DNA from: Lytechinus pictus
Lineage: Eukaryota
Assembly: GCF_037042905.1 (NCBI RefSeq)
Contig: NC_087251.1
Location: 16,990,001-17,050,000 of the forward strand
Length of the DNA stretch: 60,000 bases
Reading direction: 5' to 3'
In this document: positions 55,801-60,000 of the stretch, piece after piece
Numbering within the stretch: the stretch's first letter is position 1
Layout: every line of letters starts with the position of its first letter
The notes under the pieces: generated by a model
Seen by the model: only the letters and a program-made list of their open reading frames with translations
The model's database searches: none
What the model was told of the DNA's origin: nothing
Position numbers and translations under genes: made by a program

Positions 55801-58800
55801 GAATCTTATTGATTGAATGATTTTTTAGATAATATGATATTTGAATTATTTGATAGAAATAAACGTAAAAAATCTCAGTCATCAATGGCATATCTACATC
55901 AACCTAATAAAAGGGTGTGATGAAACTGAAAAACTCCCACACTGAGCTCCCATATTACGTTTATGATTCGCCTGTCACGAAATGACACAGTAAAGCATGT
56001 CACGGCGAGAGGAGGGACAAATGCGATAATATTCATATTTCTTTGTAGGACAACTGTCAGTATACTCCTAACCGATGGCAAGGAGATCGAGATCGTGATA
56101 ATGTCGGTGATGAATGCGATAACTGTCCTACTCATTCCAATCCAAGACAAGAGAACGTCGATGGTGATGAGTTCGGTGACGAATGCGACGATGACATCGA
56201 TAATGACGGTAAAGCATTTTAATTTCGTTGTAGTTCCTTAATGGCATAACTTGAGCTATGCCTTAAAAAGTTGAAAATGTGATCCGTGATTGGCAGTTAA
56301 TTAAGCATGATTTATCATCTTGAACTTTACTAGTCATAACCGCTTAAGACAAAATCTGAAACATTCATGTGTATGGGTTATAATTGCCAGTGTACACTTA
56401 ATTATTTTCGACAGGTTGAACCCCTCTCTCCTTCCCCGAAGCATTGCCAAGAAAAGCATCTGTCAATACCGAGGAAGTCTCATGTAAAGTCTTCAAGACT
56501 GAGTTATGGATCTTAATTTTCATTCATCCAAGCCTGATTTGTTATCAGTCTCGATGAGGAAAAAAAAGTCTACTATTGTCCTGATTTAAATAAAATTTTT
56601 GCATGGCTCTGCTGATGAACGACCTCCATTTTATCAATTGTTTTTTTGCAGGACATGACAACTTCATGGATAATTGTCCGAAACATGCCAATGCTAACCA
56701 AGATGATAGCGATCATGATGGTCTCGGTGATCTCTGCGATAACTGTCCATTTGACTTCAATCCTCTTCAGGTATGTCCAGATAACATGTTTAAACACTAT
56801 ACACAACGTTGAGTAAAGAGTTAACCAATACAGAGTAAAAATAGAGCATGTACTTTTGTTATGTACAGTAGTGCAAGTTATACAGTTATAATTAAAAAAT
56901 AAGTTTTATGGGTGTTCTTTATGGAATAATGTGTAAACATTAAGCAACATTTGATGTTACTTTACGCAACAACATGCATGTTAACTCTAACCAGTATTAA
57001 ATAAATATATTTTACAGCTTGGAAAATGTTTCCCATGAATCAAATCTCTGCCAATTTAGAGAGCCATCGACCAAATTTGCAACGGAAGTCTGCAATCGAC
57101 TCATGGTTACAAAATTAAATAAACTTAGTCATATAGGTATACATATATTTGCTTCAAAAACCTTTTCTGCGTTCCAACGCCCATTATCAGTACACTTATT
57201 TCAAACATAAATCATCTGAATTGACCACCAACTCTCCTACATTAGATCGATACCGATGATGATAACGTTGGTGACGAGTGCGATACGGATGAAGACGTGG
57301 ATGGAGACGGGCATCAAGATAATCTGGATAACTGCCCCGACATCCCAAATGCCAGTCAGAAGGATCATGACAACGATGGCATCGGTAAGATAATGAAGAT
57401 GATGACGATGGTGATAATTATGATGATGATGAATGATGACAATGATGATGGTGATGATGATGGTGATGATGATGATGATGATGACGATGATGTTAATGGT
57501 GATGATTATTATAATGATGATGGTGATGATGACGATGATAATGTTTATGGTGATGATGACGATGACAATAATTATTATGATAATGTGTAGTAAGTGAAAA
57601 AGAAATAACTTTATTTTTCAAATGGTGGTTATCAAGGACTCACTGGTGGTAATTAGTCAAAACCAATCCTACAATTCCAACTTGCTTTCTTCTAATCAGT
57701 TTCTATAATTTTTTTTGCGCTAAAATATTTTGTATATCTAAAAATCTTTGGCATTAGGGCTTTATCTTAATGGATGGTGCTTACGAGTCTCTTTGATGAT
57801 ACATACGTTATGTGACAATTACCCAATCAAACATAGTTCTTGGCGTTATTAATGACATTGGACTGTGGGATGTGATTCAGAACATGACCATTTGTCATGC
57901 TAGCTATGCTCTATAACGAAGTAGACTAATTTTTGTCAAGCTTCAAGTCCCTATAGTATGAGTAAGTACGTTATTTAGGACAACGATTTGCAGCAATGAC
58001 ATTGAGTAGTATAGTATATTTAAGCATTAAACACTTTCATAGATGAATAATAAGAATCGATGTTACAGTATTAACTTCGATTAATAATGAAAATTAAAGA
58101 GGTGATGATTTTCACTAGTATTTATTCGTAGTGCCTTAAAAATTAGGTTATGAGAATAGATACCGCTGTGAGAGTGAGCTGTGTATCACTATGTGCAAGC
58201 TGCGTCCAAACATGTTATTTCCTTTGAACATTTTTTAGATAATGAATGATAGAGATCGGTCTCATTCTACAATTCATTCTTTCCTGTTATTCATTCAATA
58301 ATCACATCTGAATGGCCCTCTGGACCGTCTTGTTCAGAATGTGGAGCTGAAGGAGAATTTTCTTTACCCATTTCCTCGAAGATTCCTTTACATCACATCG
58401 CTCAATCGGGTTGAGATATTGACCTTATCTTGAGGGCTATCTTGTTGAAACTCGGGAGGAAATTTGGGCAATTTCAACTACTTTCCGATGTTTAAAAAAG
58501 AGGAAAACACTTTGGCTTGATTCCATATCACCATCATCTCTTATACAGCTAGCTCGCGATCTGCAGTTAAGTCCAAAATTGGGAAAGTTCCATGTCGTCA
58601 AGGGGAACTTATTATCATTATCTTCTTCCTTCAGAATATAGCATAGAGTCGTATAAAAAATGTTCTTTAAACATACCGGTTTTAATTTCCCCTTGTTTCA
58701 CGTTTATAAAGCGTGACATGTGCAATTAGTTGCATGAGGTTAATGATCGCAACCCACTCTCATATTGGCAATCCATGATCCATGCATTCAAAGTCTAAAC

Positions 58801-60000
58801 CTCCGAGTTTTCTTCTTTTTGAAATTTCAATTAGAAAGTGGAAAATAACTAACACTTTGTGTATAATGTACATGTACAGTATATGCGATGTGAATTGAAA
58901 GAATGATAGTTGCGAAGCTTACCCTTTAAAACACATTTTTAAGGGTTTGGAAGATGTCTCCGCCGGGAATCAAACCGGGACCTGAAGCATGTAAAAGGAC
59001 AACAGAGATGCCCAAGTGGATTTAGCTACCTGAGTTCTCCTACTGACACCTCTACTCATTTTATTGTTACTGATGAGTTTTGAACAATATTTTATTAATG
59101 TCATCAAAAGTAAATTATCATATTATCTTCTCATTAGGTGATGCTTGTGACCCGGATGATGATAACGATGGTGTGAATGACGCCGATGATAACTGCCGTC
59201 TGATCTTTAATCCTAGTCAGAATGACACCGATGGTGAGTTGATCACAAAGAATACATGTCATTCCTTTTTATTCAATCAATTTCAGTCCGTCAATATTAT
59301 TAATCCATTTTTATCAATAAATAGGTCACATAACTTACACGTGAACAAATACATTAGACATAGTGAAGATAAATGTTTCAATGTTTTTTTTTTAAATCTT
59401 TTGAATGGCTTACCATTCTTTCAGTGTGTTTTTTTTCAAATGAAATTCACATAGACAATTTAGACGTGGGTGCTGCCTAGACTAGTTCTATTTTTGAGCT
59501 ACTGATTTCCGATAATCCCTTTGATAGAATTTTATTATCCTGGAAGGTAATGAGAGATATTTTTGGACTTTTAAAAATAAATTTTGGGAAAAAAGTGGTA
59601 AAAGTACCCGGTTTACACTTCTCGGAAACTTAAATTTAGAAAACATTTACACAAAGTTTTGTAATTTCCTAATTCTATATAAATTCCTATAGCGCAATCT
59701 TAAAAAAATTATCATATATTGATAAACACATGTTTTCCGTATAAAAAGTGAAAAATTGTATACTCATAATACTGTTTCACAACGTGAAAGTGTAGATTTG
59801 AATGCTATAGTTCAATATTATATGATTTCTAATTTGCAATTGATGTTTTAATCAATTTCAAATAAATCTCTATCAACATCCATAGACATGAAACAATCAG
59901 GAATGAGTCACTCTTATTTTTTTTATGTTGGAACCTTGAACGGTTCTCTTCTGATTTTACCTTGTAGAAAATGGGCGTGGCGATGCCTGTGAATCTGACT
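6893..60000 (+). CDS. THBS1: Spliced thrombospondin gene, subgroup A (THBS1/THBS2-like), 3'-truncated by the window edge; 19 coding exons, about 3202 nt of CDS in the window
   Basis: All exons are bounded by AG/GT with compatible phases. Domain order SP-LamG/TSPN-CxxxC/coiled coil-vWC-3xTSR-3xEGF-type-3 repeats is diagnostic of subgroup A. The symbol means THBS1/2 co-orthologue, not a resolved one-to-one call. Confidence 0.93.
8470..8733. mobile_element. Possible degenerate short TIR element
   Basis: Left CTGGCGTAGATCCA and right TGGATTCACCCCTG are a weak inverted pair around T/G-rich filler. Confidence 0.3.
13915..14052. mobile_element. MITE, PIF/Harbinger-like, 138 bp
   Basis: TIRs GGtttCGTAACACAAAG and CTTTGTGTTACGGGCCC, with CAG on both flanks (13912-13914 and 14053-14055). 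Confidence 0.75.
14367..14959 (+). CDS. THBS1: Coding exon 2: thrombospondin N-terminal laminin-G-like domain
   Basis: Acceptor TTTGCAG, donor AAG|GTAAGT. Motifs [37 protein letters not shown] and LRLGKG are TSPN-like. Confidence 0.92.
18147..19041. mobile_element. Host MITE of about 300 bp, interrupted by a nested element
   Basis: Perfect TIR GGGTCAGATGCAT / ATGCATCTGACCC with ATT on both flanks. AAGCA/TGCTT-rich interior on both sides of the insert. Confidence 0.7.
18329..18923. mobile_element. Non-autonomous TTAA-targeting DNA transposon (Kolobok-like), 595 bp
   Basis: TTAA|AGGGGAATCCAGCC ... GGTTGGATTCCCCT|TTAA. Confidence 0.85.
21645..21814. mobile_element. Palindromic MITE, 170 bp, with 4-bp TSD CTAT (Sola2-like termini, inferred)
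   Basis: Perfect 23-bp TIR GGGCATTTTCACGGTAACTGACG, an inner pair AAAACAACAAATGATGG / CCATCATTTGTTGTTTT, and CTAT on both flanks. Confidence 0.85.
22427..22559. mobile_element. MITE, PIF/Harbinger-like, 133 bp
   Basis: CTG|GGGCCCATTTCATAAA ... TTTATGAAACGGGTCC|CAG (CWG flanks). Confidence 0.75.
24582..25051. mobile_element. 470-bp TIR element, copy 1
   Basis: GGGCACATGAGAGTA ... TACTCATGTGTGCCC in a TATA context; near-identical to 26047-26516. Confidence 0.85.
26047..26516. mobile_element. 470-bp TIR element, copy 2
   Basis: TATA|GGGCACATGAG ... GTGTGCCC|TATA; direct repeat of 24582-25051. Confidence 0.85.
27406..27571 (+). CDS. THBS1: Coding exon 3: end of TSPN ([11 protein letters not shown]...LGC) and Ser-rich linker
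   Basis: Acceptor TTTGTAG, donor G|GTGAGT, phase 0 to 1. Completes the [12 protein letters not shown] motif. Confidence 0.9.
27765..28046. repeat. (TTCA)n microsatellite with a (TTAA)-rich interruption
   Basis: Directly visible tandem repeat. Confidence 0.95.
34141..34370. repeat. (GAA/GGA)n polypurine microsatellite
   Basis: Directly visible. Confidence 0.93.
34796..34852. repeat. (TA)n microsatellite
   Basis: Perfect run of about 28 units. Confidence 0.97.
37883..37938. repeat. 28-bp tandem duplication
   Basis: CAAAG(C/A)ATGATGAATTTGATATCATCAA twice, with one mismatch. Confidence 0.9.
38064..38548 (+). CDS. THBS1: Coding exon 4: (VG)n/Pro-rich linker, CAITC and coiled-coil oligomerisation region
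   Basis: Acceptor CTTTTTCATAAAG, donor ATG|GTAAGA, phase 1 to 0. Open GC-richer frame with CxxxC followed by heptads. Confidence 0.87.
38944..39060 (+). CDS. THBS1: Coding exon 5: vWC domain, N-terminal half ([26 protein letters not shown])
   Basis: TTTCAG acceptor, GTAAGT donor, 117 nt, vWC pattern C..W...CxxCxC. Not in the ORF track. Confidence 0.93.
39203..39296 (+). CDS. THBS1: Coding exon 6: vWC domain, C-terminal half ([28 protein letters not shown])
   Basis: Pyrimidine tract + CAG, donor G|GTAAA, CCPxC signature. Confidence 0.93.
39611..39769 (+). CDS. THBS1: Coding exon 7: TSR1 ([22 protein letters not shown])
   Basis: Phase 1-1 exon with WxxWxxW, CSVTCG and RxRxC. Confidence 0.95.
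40940..41559. mobile_element. Non-autonomous TTAA-targeting DNA transposon (Kolobok-like), about 620 bp
   Basis: TTAA|AGGACAATTCC ... GGTGGACTTGACCT|TTAA. Imperfect arms of about 140 bp (CATCAAAATCGG..AAAGTTATGACATTT versus AAATGTCATAACTTT..CCGATTTTGATG). Confidence 0.82.
42212..42793. mobile_element. Non-autonomous TTAA-targeting DNA transposon (Kolobok-like) with inverted arms of about 195 bp, 582 bp in total
   Basis: TTAA|AGGAGAATGAAACCTTTGGAACAAG ... CTTGTTCCAAAGGTTTCATTCCCCT|TTAA. The arms pair from 42212 to about 42408 with about 42594 to 42793. Confidence 0.9.
43425..43610 (+). CDS. THBS1: Coding exon 8: TSR2 ([31 protein letters not shown])
   Basis: Phase 1-1 exon matching the TSR consensus. 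Confidence 0.95.
45212..45385 (+). CDS. THBS1: Coding exon 9: TSR3 ([30 protein letters not shown])
   Basis: Phase 1-1 exon of 174 nt matching the TSR consensus. Confidence 0.95.
46489..46616 (+). CDS. THBS1: Coding exon 10: EGF-like 1 ([14 protein letters not shown]...[14 protein letters not shown])
   Basis: Six-Cys EGF pattern, TAG acceptor, GAG|GTAC donor. Confidence 0.95.
47028..47180 (+). CDS. THBS1: Coding exon 11: Ca-binding EGF-like 2
   Basis: TTACAG acceptor, CAG|GTAAG donor. [10 protein letters not shown] fits the Ca-EGF hydroxylation consensus, followed by the TSP-type G.GI..A...RQ segment. Confidence 0.95.
50587..50691 (+). CDS. THBS1: Coding exon 12: EGF-like 3, first part ([35 protein letters not shown])
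   Basis: CCCAG acceptor, CGG|GTAAGT donor, 105 nt. The frame differs from the ORF-track call. Confidence 0.93.
54411..54527 (+). CDS. THBS1: Coding exon 13: end of EGF3 and first type-3 repeat ([23 protein letters not shown]...HCQK)
   Basis: Poly-T + TAG acceptor, AAG|GTAAAA donor, conserved CG.D.DLDG.P motif. Confidence 0.94.
55500..55607 (+). CDS. THBS1: Coding exon 14: type-3 repeats ([23 protein letters not shown])
   Basis: 108 nt, phase 0-0, hallmark PNSGQED motif. Confidence 0.95.
56049..56208 (+). CDS. THBS1: Coding exon 15: type-3 repeats (DNCQYTPN...VGDECDNCP)
   Basis: 160 nt, phase 0-1, DxDxDxxGDxC motifs. Confidence 0.95.
56652..56770 (+). CDS. THBS1: Coding exon 16: type-3 repeats ([27 protein letters not shown])
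   Basis: 119 nt, phase 1-0, canonical splice sites. Confidence 0.95.
57246..57384 (+). CDS. THBS1: Coding exon 17: type-3 repeats ([12 protein letters not shown]...[13 protein letters not shown])
   Basis: 139 nt, phase 0-1, donor G|GTAAGA. Confidence 0.94.
57389..57584. repeat. Imperfect (GAT)n microsatellite at the 5' end of an intron
   Basis: Directly visible GAT/GAC/GGT/AAT triplets just after the donor at 57385. Confidence 0.92.
58957..59034 (-). pseudogene. Degenerate tRNA-derived (SINE-head-like) fragment
   Basis: The minus strand reads GGTAGCT...GGTCCCGGTTTGATTCCCGGCGGAGA, with a T-arm/B-box-like stem CCCGG/CCGG. No intact cloverleaf. Confidence 0.35.
59138..59233 (+). CDS. THBS1: Coding exon 18: type-3 repeats ([32 protein letters not shown])
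   Basis: 96 nt, phase 1-1, donor G|GTGAGT. Confidence 0.94.
59968..60000 (+). CDS. THBS1: Coding exon 19 (partial): [11 protein letters not shown], containing the canonical RGD
   Basis: Pyrimidine tract + TGTAG acceptor, phase matches the preceding exon, GRGDAC motif as in TSP-1. Confidence 0.88.

Overview
AT-rich, intron-rich metazoan genomic DNA. The repeat types and gene structure suggest an invertebrate deuterostome such as a sea urchin, but that is inference. The window holds one long plus-strand gene, a subgroup-A (THBS1/THBS2-type) thrombospondin. I traced a likely non-coding exon 1 and 19 GT-AG coding exons whose phases all join in frame, giving about 1067 codons: signal peptide, LamG-like N-terminal domain, long low-complexity linker, CxxxC plus coiled coil, vWC, 3 TSRs, 3 EGFs and type-3 Ca-binding repeats. 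The gene runs off the right edge before the C-terminal lectin-like domain. The introns and upstream region contain several non-autonomous TIR elements (one nested, one near-identical pair) and microsatellites. The most unusual features are a roughly 160-aa Ser/Pro-rich linker with a (Val-Gly)n tract, an extra RGD in EGF1, twin 470-bp elements around a 1-kb spacer, and an in-frame Asp-rich intronic read-through. I see no evidence of a second gene or a wholly new system. All comparisons with human genes are from memory and need checking.
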